Positions 46,550 through 55,735 of a DNA stretch of 64,000 nt are shown here, one piece after another. This DNA is from a virus (lineage: Duplodnaviria > Caudoviricetes), in the IMG/VR virus record IMGVR_UViG_3300035208_004206, positions 8,727-72,726 of that record. The stretch is one strand, 5' to 3'. Below the pieces are notes generated by a model. That model did not search any database and was not told the DNA's origin. It was given only the letters and a program-made list of their open reading frames with translations. The number at the start of each line of letters is the position of its first letter. Within the stretch, counting starts at the first letter, position 1. Both the position numbers and the translations under genes were made by a program.

Positions 46550-47100
46550 TATTCAACAGAGTTCTTAAAGAATCAATCGATGTTGCATATGATAATGCGA
46601 AAGGTTTGGCTGTTAAAAAGATGACAGCAAGAGAAATACAAAAGCGGGTGAAGACTCTTAATCCTATGAAAGGTCTTGCTCTGACAAACGGAAATCTTTT
46701 CGTTTGGGTTAATGGAAGAGGAGAACATCTAGAACATCGTGATGCCTTTCATCTTTTGCAAAATGCAAAAATTCCAGGGGTCAAACCAGAGAATCTTGCT
46801 TTTACCTTCTACGCAGACAAAGAAGATAGTTATGGAGAAACGTATATTGATCTTGCCACCCCATCGAATGAAGCATGGTGGTGGAAAGGACACGGTGAAG
46901 GTTTTTCAAACTTGCTAAACAATGTTAAGTATACACCAGAAACAGCAGAGATGTTGAAGAAAAGATTCCCGCTGGTAAAGTGGTTTGTCTTTGATAATGC
47001 CATTGTTGATGCAACAAACGGAAGATACCTTAATGATAATTGGGCAAGTTCGCTTGTTACCATGAAGCGGTTGATGGGTGAGCTGAGGGGGCTGAGATGA
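46546..47100 (+). CDS. MxFxR-leader family, tandem member 6
   Basis: MIFNRVLKE; KGLALTNGNLFVW...EH; FTFY; IDLATPSN; FPLVKW...NAIVD. Confidence 0.85.
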   Translation: MIFNRVLKESIDVAYDNAKGLAVKKMTAREIQKRVKTLNPMKGLALTNGNLFVWVNGRGEHLEHRDAFHLLQNAKIPGVKPENLAFTFYADKEDSYGETYIDLATPSNEAWWWKGHGEGFSNLLNNVKYTPETAEMLKKRFPLVKWFVFDNAIVDATNGRYLNDNWASSLVTMKRLMGELRGLR

Positions 47101-47663
47101 TATTTGAACGTCGTCTACCTGAAATACACTCTGATCCAGATGAAGATAATAGGGTAGAAGAAATAATAACATTTATCAATCCGTCTGTCAATGAAGTAAA
47201 AGAAACTCTTGATGAAGGTGAAGGCGAAGGTAAAGGCATGATGATGAAAAATGGGGATGTAATTATTTGGCCAAACGCAATAGGAATTAATGCCGAACAC
47301 CTTGGGGCCGTGAGTGAATTGGGGTATGACGACGACGATGTTCAGTTCACTTTTTACTTCTTTGATAACGGTGAAACATACAAACATACAAACTGGGAAC
47401 ACTTTGATCCTTCGCTGAATCGTCATCTCCCAAATACCGGGATGATCATCAAGTCTAGTATATCCTCTGCTCCAGGGTGGGGAACTTTTATGAAAGCGTC
47501 TGATAAGTGGAACCCGGTCAGAATGAAAAAACTTATCGATCTCTTGCCAATGACACAATGGATTATATTACCAAAATGGGTGATCAATGCAAACACCATG
47601 GAAAAAGTGATGAGAACAGAAACATTAGGACCGTTGGGTATTATCTTAGGAGCAACGGAATGA
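47097..47663 (+). CDS. MxFxR-leader family, tandem member 7
   Basis: MIFERRLPE; NPSVNE; KGMMMKNGDVIIW...EH; FTFY; LPMTQW. Confidence 0.85.
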   Translation: MIFERRLPEIHSDPDEDNRVEEIITFINPSVNEVKETLDEGEGEGKGMMMKNGDVIIWPNAIGINAEHLGAVSELGYDDDDVQFTFYFFDNGETYKHTNWEHFDPSLNRHLPNTGMIIKSSISSAPGWGTFMKASDKWNPVRMKKLIDLLPMTQWIILPKWVINANTMEKVMRTETLGPLGIILGATE

Positions 47664-48241
47664 TATTCGAAAGAAGGCTTTCAGAAGAACTGTTTTTTAC
47701 TACACCGGAAACAGATAACGATATGGAAAAGAACGTCTATAAAAATCCAACAGCTTCTGAATTTGAACAACTGTTTCGAGAGGCAGAAGGTTTTAATGAC
47801 CAAACAACCAGAATCAAGTTGGCGCTTTCAACAGACGGAAATCTCTATGCTTGGTCAGAAGGTGAACACACAGATATGATAAACGATGCTGATATTTTAT
47901 ATAGCAAAATCAAAATGACTATGTACCTGTATCAAAACGTTTCTGATCCAATTCACAAATGGGATGATGACGGAGAGTATAGAGATCTTCCGGTTATCGA
48001 AGGACTGGTTCTCAACACTAGTGTTTCTTCAACCCCATCATGGGGTGCTTTTCCCAACGCAACAAATAGAATAACACCAACCCTTGCAAAGATATTAAAG
48101 AAGCGTATTCCAGCTCTGAAGTGGATCCTTGGGAATGAAGTTCTTTTTGACACAGAGGGTAATAGACTACCACCAAAGAAATCAGATTGGTCGGCTATTC
48201 TGAAGATCATGGCACACGAAGGTCTTCAGAAAAAGCAATAA
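47660..48241 (+). CDS. MxFxR-leader family, tandem member 8
   Basis: MIFERRLSE; NPTASE; KLALSTDGNLYAW...EH; IPALKW. Confidence 0.85.
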   Translation: MIFERRLSEELFFTTPETDNDMEKNVYKNPTASEFEQLFREAEGFNDQTTRIKLALSTDGNLYAWSEGEHTDMINDADILYSKIKMTMYLYQNVSDPIHKWDDDGEYRDLPVIEGLVLNTSVSSTPSWGAFPNATNRITPTLAKILKKRIPALKWILGNEVLFDTEGNRLPPKKSDWSAILKIMAHEGLQKKQ

Positions 48242-48290
48242 TTCTCCTCCTGTAAATAACAATAGAACAACGTTTATTAGAGGTTGAACA

Positions 48291-48749
48291 ATGTCAGATC
48301 CAGTGCTTCCTAAAATCGAATTGCCAGTTATTCCTTCAATACCCGTAAAGACACTCGAAGACCAAGTGAAGGTGCTTGCAGAGACTCTTGCCCTTCAAGC
48401 TGAAGAAGCGAGAAAGAAAGGCAGACCACGTCTCATCAGAGCGTGGGAATGGTTCATGGATAACAATGCTTGGATCGCGTGGGTCCTTGCGCTTCTCATC
48501 ACCCTGGTCGCATGTGGTGCTGTTTATAAGTGGCGAGATGCAGAAGCAAGGGTGACTGCAGCAACGACAGCAGGGACGAACTCTGCTCTCGAGAGAGCGA
48601 TCGGTGCGAATGCTGAGAAGGCGAAGGTCGTTGCGAAAGAAGGAAAGACCACCGCGAAGGGAAACCTTGTGTATTCAAACTTTGAAGATGCTGATGCGGC
48701 ATTCAAAGAAGCAATGTCTGCCGCGAAAGACCAAAAGAAGAGCCAGTAA
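48291..48749 (+). CDS. Single-pass membrane protein, i-spanin-like
   Basis: One transmembrane helix (WIAWVLALLITLVACGAVY), Ala-rich helical C-terminus; TAAATA at 48253. Confidence 0.6.
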   Translation: MSDPVLPKIELPVIPSIPVKTLEDQVKVLAETLALQAEEARKKGRPRLIRAWEWFMDNNAWIAWVLALLITLVACGAVYKWRDAEARVTAATTAGTNSALERAIGANAEKAKVVAKEGKTTAKGNLVYSNFEDADAAFKEAMSAAKDQKKSQ

Positions 48750-48752
48750 ATA
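48747..48752 (+). promoter_or_regulatory. Late promoter element TAAATA heading the glycosylation island
   Basis: About 40 nt upstream of the start at 48789. Confidence 0.55.
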
Positions 48753-48788
48753 GTTAAGAATACTTGGATTGTGTAAGGAGAGAATTCG

Positions 48789-49490
48789 ATGAAAGCCTTG
48801 CTTGTTGGGTATGGTGAAATCGGTAAATCTGTGCAAACAGTGTTCGGTTCCTTTCATGATCTTCGAAATGTTATTGATCCCAAGTATAACACCCAAGTAG
48901 AAAACGTTGAGTACGATATTCTTCTGGTTGCTTTTGGATATAGTGAAAACTTCGAAGAGGTTGTTCGACAATACCAGATAACCTTTAATATCAAACACAC
49001 TATTATTTTCAGTACAGTTCCAATCGGAACATGTCGCAGACTTAATGCTTGTCACTGCCCAGTTGAGGGTAAACACCCAGACTTGGCAGAGAGTATTAAA
49101 ATCACTTCGAAGTGGTTGGGCGGTTCAGATGAAAAGTGTTTTGAATTTGTTTCTTCTGCTGGGTTTGATGTTAAAATAACCGAACCAGAACACACAGAGT
49201 TCTTGAAGTTGCGCAGTACAACTGTGTATGGTGTGAACATTGAATTCGCGCGGTACTCGAAGGAGTGTTGCGACAAGCTCGGGATGGACTATGATCTGGT
49301 AAAAGAATGGGATACGTGGGTCAACAAACTCTATAGTGATATGAATATGGGATGGGCAACTCGTTATATTCTGGATGCTCCCATGGGACCGAAGGGTGGA
49401 CATTGTGTCACACCAAATGCCAAAATACTTGACAAGATTTTTCCAAATGATCTTGTTAAAATTGTTGCAGAGGAAAAGAAACTTACATGA
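48789..49490 (+). CDS. Short UDP-glucose/GDP-mannose dehydrogenase-like protein
   Basis: VGYGEIG Rossmann motif, STVPIGT, EFLKL...N, GGHC catalytic motif; no C-terminal domain. Confidence 0.72.
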   Translation: MKALLVGYGEIGKSVQTVFGSFHDLRNVIDPKYNTQVENVEYDILLVAFGYSENFEEVVRQYQITFNIKHTIIFSTVPIGTCRRLNACHCPVEGKHPDLAESIKITSKWLGGSDEKCFEFVSSAGFDVKITEPEHTEFLKLRSTTVYGVNIEFARYSKECCDKLGMDYDLVKEWDTWVNKLYSDMNMGWATRYILDAPMGPKGGHCVTPNAKILDKIFPNDLVKIVAEEKKLT

Positions 49491-50092
49491 AAAAAAGAGA
49501 AAAAGTAGTTCGTCAAATTGTAAGGGTGAACGGGCGATCTCTCATTCGTAGAATAGTGACACAGGTTGGTCGATCACAGGTTGAACGTCTATTAAAAGAC
49601 AAGAAGGGGGAAAAAAAACAAAAAGATATTATACCTGATCCTATTCATCACGATACTTTTGTCTACATAGAAATACTAAATGGTGAACTCTCAAAAATTG
49701 TTTCTCCTGAAGAGTATTCAACACTTCCTGAACTGTTTGAACATTATTCTCAGAGGGAAGAGGGGGAAGGAATACTAATCTTCCGTAATTGGAATGAAAA
49801 AGCATATTCTGAAAAGATCCAGAAGTTCATTGACTATCTTCTAAGATTCAAGGAATTCTGTCAAGAGTATTCTGTTGATTATTGTAAAGGGGTAATTCTT
49901 TCGGGCGAAACTCAAACCATCATAGGGTATCAGGAATTCAATGTACTTCAGCAATTGAAAAGATTTGATGTTTTATATATTGATAAAGAAAACTGTTCAT
50001 TCTATCTTTCTAATAACATCAAAGACTTCGGTGATTTCACAAGGATGATATCAGAACACGGTAATTTGTTTGTGGTTAATAATGAACAATAA
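49487..50092 (+). CDS. Hypothetical protein with Arg-rich N-terminal leader
   Basis: ATGA-coupled within the island. Confidence 0.7.
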   Translation: MKKREKVVRQIVRVNGRSLIRRIVTQVGRSQVERLLKDKKGEKKQKDIIPDPIHHDTFVYIEILNGELSKIVSPEEYSTLPELFEHYSQREEGEGILIFRNWNEKAYSEKIQKFIDYLLRFKEFCQEYSVDYCKGVILSGETQTIIGYQEFNVLQQLKRFDVLYIDKENCSFYLSNNIKDFGDFTRMISEHGNLFVVNNEQ

Positions 50093-50789
50093 CCCTTTTA
50101 GATTCTTTGATGCGATCTATGTAATCAACATGGATTTCTGTTTAGACAGATGGATGAAATTTCTTCAGCTTGCAAAAAAATACGACATACCAAATCCAAT
50201 AAGGTTCCCCGCTTTTCGCCACGAGGTTGGGAGCTTTGGTTGTGCACACTCACATCGTCTAATCTTGAAAGAGGCTAGGCGAAGAAAGCTTTCGAACGTC
50301 TTGATATTTGAAGATGACGTAGATTTCATATACTCTCCAGATTTTACTTTGACATGTTTATCTGGTGCGATCAAACGGTTGGGACGGGCCGAGTGGGATC
50401 TGTTCTACTTGGGGATTAACCCGAAGAACTCCAGACAGAAATTTTTTCCCGACCTGTTCGAAAAAACGCCTGGAACCCTCTTTGTACCAAGGGATGAGTT
50501 CTACGGAAGGTTTGCTTACGCGGTCAATAGTCAGTCGTTTAACGTATACGATAACATCACTAACGAAATAGAAAGGTTTTCACCCGCCGATCGTGGTGAT
50601 ATAGTTTTGATGAACTCTAAAAAGATGAAGCACATGATATGGCCGTGTTTGACAGTTGTAAGTGATGCGGCAAGCTTTACCGGGTTTCAAAATGAAAAGT
50701 TAAAAAGTGGACTCAATAAAAAAAGCAGGGAAAAGATTTTGTTAAAGTATAGGAGTAATGGCTTGCAATATACAGAAAGACTAAAATGA
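50082..50789 (+). CDS. Glycosyltransferase family 25-like
   Basis: IYVINM...DRW, GCAHSH, LIFEDD, AYAVN. Confidence 0.82.
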   Translation: MNNNPFRFFDAIYVINMDFCLDRWMKFLQLAKKYDIPNPIRFPAFRHEVGSFGCAHSHRLILKEARRRKLSNVLIFEDDVDFIYSPDFTLTCLSGAIKRLGRAEWDLFYLGINPKNSRQKFFPDLFEKTPGTLFVPRDEFYGRFAYAVNSQSFNVYDNITNEIERFSPADRGDIVLMNSKKMKHMIWPCLTVVSDAASFTGFQNEKLKSGLNKKSREKILLKYRSNGLQYTERLK

Positions 50790-52396
50790 AAATCAATGCA
50801 ATTATTACAATCTATCGGCGACCAGAAACAGCAAAGTTACAAATCGAACATCTTCTCAATCAGTCAGAAGGAAAGTTACAATATAAAGATATATACGTAT
50901 GGCACAACAAAAGTGATGTTGTGTTTGATTTGAATAGTATAAGATCTCTAGGTGTAAACATTATTGAAAGTAGTTGGAATACTAAATTTTGGGGAAGGTT
51001 TACTATCCCACTATTATTAGATTCTGATTATGTAATGATTTTGGATGATGATATTTTACCTCAAAAAAAATGGATAGAGAATTGTTTACATACAATTGAA
51101 AGTAAAAACACCAACGGTATCCTGGGTGGGTCTGGTATTTTGTTGCCGGAAACCGGTTATAAAAACCACAAAAAAATAGGGTGGAATGGTGTTCACTTAT
51201 CTTCCCCCACTGAAGTAGATCTGGTTGGTCACAGTTGGTTTTTTAGGAAAGAGTGGGCAAAGTATATTTGGAGTGAAAATCCGTACACGTGGAATAATGG
51301 TGAAGATATAATGTTTTCTTACCTAGCACAAAAATATGGAAAGATCAAAACCTTTGTGCCACCACACTCAGAGAAGTCAAAAGATCTTTGGTGTACGAAT
51401 CAAGAGTATAGTATGAAAGTTGGAAATGATTCTCGTGCATCATATAAGAAAAAGACGCACATGGGTGAACGCGACCAGTGCGTAGAACACTGCAAAGGCA
51501 AAGGTTGGCAAATATTGCGCGAAAAGAAGGATGTGCCTTTACCCGAACATAATAAATTTTTCTCTTTTGGTGTCAACGATATAGACTTGAAACGATATGT
51601 TGAAATAGAAAAGATTAAGAAAGAACAAGGAGAATATACTGTCACGGCGAATATGGCGACGTTCAAAAAACGAAAGGAGTTTTTACCGTACGTTGTGCGG
51701 GAGGTTTTGCCGTGTGTGGACAGATTACGAATATATCTGAATGACTATGACGAGATACCTGACTTTCTTGTTCACCCCAAGATCGATGTTGTTTTTGGTA
51801 AAGGAGACATACGAGCAAAAGGAAAGTATTATTTTCTTCCTACTTCCTTCGAAAAACAATACTACTTTTCAATCGACGACGACTTTATATATCATCCGAG
51901 TTATTTTTTGAAATCTATTCAATACCTAAAGAAAAATCAAACCCACGTTATTTCAAACCATGGGGTTTTAATCTATTACAATAACAACGATCAAACATAT
52001 AAGCAAACATATAAAAAATACAATAGTGGTGCTCTAGATTGCTTGAATGATCACGAGACAAACATTTTGGGTACAGGTATGTTGTGTTTCGACGCGGCGT
52101 TTACTAAGATACCATATACGAAACAGGTATTTCCTTTCAATGGAATGATCGATTTGTGTATGAGCAAGTATCTTCTTTCTCATAAGAAAAAGATGGTTGT
52201 TCGCGCACACAGAGCCGACGAAATATTTTCTCTACACGAGGAGAGCAGATTCAAAACTGCAGACTTGAATTATAAACTAAGTAATGATAAGCAGTTTGAA
52301 AACCTTCGTATTAAATTTCTTATAGAAAATCAACAGCTTTTCAACGGTAAATATAAAGAACTAACCGAGGGAACAAATGAAAATTCCGAAGTTTAA
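50786..52396 (+). CDS. Two-domain GT-A fold glycosyltransferase
   Basis: Domain 1 TIYRR...ILDDDILP...GEDI; domain 2 ATFKKR...FSIDDDFIY. Confidence 0.8.
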   Translation: MKINAIITIYRRPETAKLQIEHLLNQSEGKLQYKDIYVWHNKSDVVFDLNSIRSLGVNIIESSWNTKFWGRFTIPLLLDSDYVMILDDDILPQKKWIENCLHTIESKNTNGILGGSGILLPETGYKNHKKIGWNGVHLSSPTEVDLVGHSWFFRKEWAKYIWSENPYTWNNGEDIMFSYLAQKYGKIKTFVPPHSEKSKDLWCTNQEYSMKVGNDSRASYKKKTHMGERDQCVEHCKGKGWQILREKKDVPLPEHNKFFSFGVNDIDLKRYVEIEKIKKEQGEYTVTANMATFKKRKEFLPYVVREVLPCVDRLRIYLNDYDEIPDFLVHPKIDVVFGKGDIRAKGKYYFLPTSFEKQYYFSIDDDFIYHPSYFLKSIQYLKKNQTHVISNHGVLIYYNNNDQTYKQTYKKYNSGALDCLNDHETNILGTGMLCFDAAFTKIPYTKQVFPFNGMIDLCMSKYLLSHKKKMVVRAHRADEIFSLHEESRFKTADLNYKLSNDKQFENLRIKFLIENQQLFNGKYKELTEGTNENSEV

Positions 52397-52919
52397 TTAT
52401 TCAGTTCGCGAGAAAACAGTCGCAGACATCATGATGTCACTTCCACCATTCAAAACATTCTTGAATGTTGGTTTTCACAACTGGGAAGACCCCCGTCGGC
52501 ATTGGTGGATAAAGATATGTGAAGAGAATCAGATTAACTGGAAGATTGTTGAGATTTTTATCAAGAATGTCGAGGACGCAATTTCGGCGGGGTGCCCTGT
52601 TGAAAAAATACAAATAGGAAACATCGAAGACGTTGAAAACCTTCCGCAAGCTGATTGTCTTCTATACTGGCATGGGCCAGAACACAACAAGAAGGAAGAA
52701 TTTTTGAAAATTTTGCCTCATCTTGAAAAAAAATATCAGACGTTGATTTTTGGTATGCCACTCGGTCACGAACCGCAGGGTATTGCATACGGTAATATTT
52801 TCGAAGTTCATGTTTCTCATTGGCAACCAGAAGAATGGTTGAATCTCGGGTACGCTGTTAGTGAAATTCATGATCATCAAAAATATCCGCACATTACCGT
52901 TCACAAGATACAAAAATGA
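52377..52919 (+). CDS. Class I SAM-dependent methyltransferase-like protein
   Basis: FLNVG, IVEI, GNIED, D..L.WHGPEH, PLG..PQG. Confidence 0.6.
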   Translation: MKIPKFNYSVREKTVADIMMSLPPFKTFLNVGFHNWEDPRRHWWIKICEENQINWKIVEIFIKNVEDAISAGCPVEKIQIGNIEDVENLPQADCLLYWHGPEHNKKEEFLKILPHLEKKYQTLIFGMPLGHEPQGIAYGNIFEVHVSHWQPEEWLNLGYAVSEIHDHQKYPHITVHKIQK

Positions 52920-53641
52920 AAAATTTCAAATCTGACTTTACATTTTTCCTCAACAAGATCGAAAGACAAGAAAACTTTTCCCTTAGTAGGTGGGGAGATG
53001 GCGAAATGTGTATCCTACAAAATACAAGCATCGATCTCCTGTCAAAAGGTAATGGTGAATTTGATAACAAACCGGACGATGATGCATACGATAAATCGAG
53101 ACAATTAATGAATGAAGCCTTCACTTTTCAAGATTCTACATACTACATCGGAATCGGTTGTCGGTGTTGTATTGGAGAGCAGAAATTTGAAAAGATGAAA
53201 ACACTTTCTCAACAGTCAATCGAAAATCTGACGTGGGCTAACATTTTTGTAAATTCAAATTACAGACTGTTTTGTGAACAGTTTATACCCGCCCTTCAGA
53301 AACGTAACAATGTTCTCATCTCTCACCGTGATGCGGTGATCGATCAGAATTTCCCTCTTCGGGTGAAATCACATTTCAAAGTTTCACCCAATGCGTGGGT
53401 TAATTCTATAGATACAATCGATCAGATAAAAAGATATATTGCAGATAACAATCTGAAGAACGTCGTATTTCTTTTCGCCGCCGGTCCTTTTGCGAACTTG
53501 GCGGTGTACGAATTACATAAGTTCAATAGAGACAATACATATCTTGATGTGGGTTCTGTTTTTGATAAAATGTTAAATCTCAAAGTCACTCGTCGATACT
53601 TGCTCAATGGACCAACACTAAACAAAACTTGTATATGGTAG
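52916..53641 (+). CDS. GT-D fold (DUF1792-like) glycosyltransferase
   Basis: SLSRWGDGEM, FAAGPFA, YLDVGSVFD. Confidence 0.72.
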   Translation: MKNFKSDFTFFLNKIERQENFSLSRWGDGEMCILQNTSIDLLSKGNGEFDNKPDDDAYDKSRQLMNEAFTFQDSTYYIGIGCRCCIGEQKFEKMKTLSQQSIENLTWANIFVNSNYRLFCEQFIPALQKRNNVLISHRDAVIDQNFPLRVKSHFKVSPNAWVNSIDTIDQIKRYIADNNLKNVVFLFAAGPFANLAVYELHKFNRDNTYLDVGSVFDKMLNLKVTRRYLLNGPTLNKTCIW

Positions 53642-53648
53642 GTGCAAC

Positions 53649-54245
53649 ATGAAAAGTTTTAACGCGAATGAATACTGGGAAAAGAGGTACGTTGCGGGTG
53701 GAAATTCTGGGAAAGGTTCGTACAATGAACCTCATCTCTTTAAGACGGCAGTCGTTAATGAATTTATCGAAGACAACGATATAAAAACCATTTTAGATAT
53801 GGGGTGTGGGGATGGGCATTTCGCATCTTCCATAAAAGTTAAAAGATATATCGCTTATGATGTATCTCCATCAATAATCGACATTAACAAAATCAAATAT
53901 AAAGACAAAAAAAATATATCTTTCACAAACGATCTTTTACAGGTAAACGAAATAATCGACTGTACGATTTCAATAGATGTCATATACCATGTTACCAACA
54001 CCGCGGAATACAAAAAATATCTTGCGAACCTATTCAACATGTCAAACAAATACTGTATAATCTACAGTTCGAATGTTAATCAAGACGAAGAATTTATACA
54101 AAAATACCATCCAACCTCGCACGTCTTTCATCGTCAATTTACAAAAGACATCGATTTTTCAAAGTGGAAATATTTTGATTACTTGAAAGAGAAGAATAAA
54201 ACAACCGATCTTTTGGGTTCCTTTTTCTTCTTTAAGCGGATTTGA
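53649..54245 (+). CDS. Class I SAM-dependent methyltransferase
   Basis: YWEKRY..GGNSG.GS, ILDMGCGDG, DVIYH. Confidence 0.85.
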   Translation: MKSFNANEYWEKRYVAGGNSGKGSYNEPHLFKTAVVNEFIEDNDIKTILDMGCGDGHFASSIKVKRYIAYDVSPSIIDINKIKYKDKKNISFTNDLLQVNEIIDCTISIDVIYHVTNTAEYKKYLANLFNMSNKYCIIYSSNVNQDEEFIQKYHPTSHVFHRQFTKDIDFSKWKYFDYLKEKNKTTDLLGSFFFFKRI

Positions 54246-54248
54246 AGA

Positions 54249-54929
54249 ATGCCGACACAAAAAATAAAACTTGCTTCTTTTAACAAAGAGATATACATTG
54301 ATATTCGTTATCCAGAAAATGATGTTCTGTCTCGCGGTCTCCTGAAGAATAATTGTTTTTACGAAGAAGTGATGTTAAATTATATTTTGAAAAATATACA
54401 AACCTCTGATAAAAAATATATAGTAGATGTTGGTGCAAATATCGGTAACCATACTTTATTTTTTAGTCTTTTGTGTAACAATATCGGTATAATTGCCATC
54501 GAACCATATGAAAAAGTTTTTACTATATTGAAAGAAAATATAAGATTGAATAACCTAAAAAACGTTATGACGTATCCGGTTGCATGTGGAGCCGATCATT
54601 CGTACTGCGATTTGGTCATACCTGAAAATGAAAATCTGAGTGGTTCGACTAGTATCATACCCGGTTCCAGTATACCCGTTGTACCCCTGGATGATCTCGT
54701 TAGAGATCAACCGGTATCGTTAATTAAAATTGACGTTGAAGGATCCGAAATAAATGTATTAAAAGGTTCGACGAAAATCTTGTCTCGTATCCAAGATCCA
54801 CCAGAACTTATTGTTGAAGCGAGATTTTCAGATGATAAAATACAAATAGACAAATATCTCGAAAAGTTTCATTATAAAAATATACAGAGAATCATGACAT
54901 CAACACCAACTTACCATTACAAAAAATGA
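54249..54929 (+). CDS. FkbM-family methyltransferase
   Basis: VDVGANIGNHT, IEP, LIKIDVEGSE. Confidence 0.9.
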   Translation: MPTQKIKLASFNKEIYIDIRYPENDVLSRGLLKNNCFYEEVMLNYILKNIQTSDKKYIVDVGANIGNHTLFFSLLCNNIGIIAIEPYEKVFTILKENIRLNNLKNVMTYPVACGADHSYCDLVIPENENLSGSTSIIPGSSIPVVPLDDLVRDQPVSLIKIDVEGSEINVLKGSTKILSRIQDPPELIVEARFSDDKIQIDKYLEKFHYKNIQRIMTSTPTYHYKK

Positions 54930-55735
54930 GAGGGTGTGTTGAGATAAAAGGTGGGATGGGTAATCAACTCTTTCAATATGCTTTTGGTCGATCACTTGAA
55001 GAAAACAACCCAGGTTTTTCTGTGAGTTTTGATTTGTCATGGTTTGAAAAACAATCAAAAAGAAAATTTGAACTTGGTGCTTTTAATATTCACATGAAAA
55101 AACATATTGGTAATTGTGTGTTTCAACAGAAAAAAGAAAACGGTTATCACTATCAACCCAATCTTTTATCACCAACAGTGGATCAAAAGTTCATAGGTTA
55201 TTTTCAAAGTGAAAAATACTTTTTATCAATTGCAAATAAAATCCGAAATGAAATATCGTTAGTCGGTGAACAACCAGATCCACGACCAGCTGCTGGTGCT
55301 ATTTCTATTCATGTACGACGTGGTGATTATGTTGAACCGAAAATAAAAAAGAACCACGGTATTAAAGATATAGATTATTATAAAAGAGCACTTGAAATGA
55401 TCTTATCTAAAGATCGTTCTATTAATAAAGTTCTAATTTTTCATGATACTATTCAACCTGGGGATATGATTCTTTCTGATATTAAAGCTTTAACTAAAAG
55501 TAAAAAGATGATTGTACAATTTGCAAATAAACAGCAGAGTGATGCACAAGAACTTATACTGATGTCAAAATGTCACCATCACATTCTTGCAAACAGTTCT
55601 TTCAGTTGGTGGGGAGCTTGGTTAAATCCCAACATGAAAAAGATCGTTGTTGCTCCTAAAATATGGTTTGCGGTGGATGCAGTAAGAGAACACAACACAA
55701 AAAATCAACTTCCTGATGGGTGGCTTCGAGTATGA
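54926..55735 (+). CDS. Alpha-1,2-fucosyltransferase-like (GT11)
   Basis: GGMGNQLFQYA, GYFQSEKYF, IHVRRGDY, NSSFSWWGAWL. Confidence 0.9.
   Translation: MRGCVEIKGGMGNQLFQYAFGRSLEENNPGFSVSFDLSWFEKQSKRKFELGAFNIHMKKHIGNCVFQQKKENGYHYQPNLLSPTVDQKFIGYFQSEKYFLSIANKIRNEISLVGEQPDPRPAAGAISIHVRRGDYVEPKIKKNHGIKDIDYYKRALEMILSKDRSINKVLIFHDTIQPGDMILSDIKALTKSKKMIVQFANKQQSDAQELILMSKCHHHILANSSFSWWGAWLNPNMKKIVVAPKIWFAVDAVREHNTKNQLPDGWLRV

Noticed and set aside
43874-48241. Diversity-generating retroelement or CRISPR-like array as the source of the paralogs
   Set aside because: No reverse transcriptase, no near-identical template/variable repeat pair and no short DNA repeat-spacer pattern; similarity is only at protein level.
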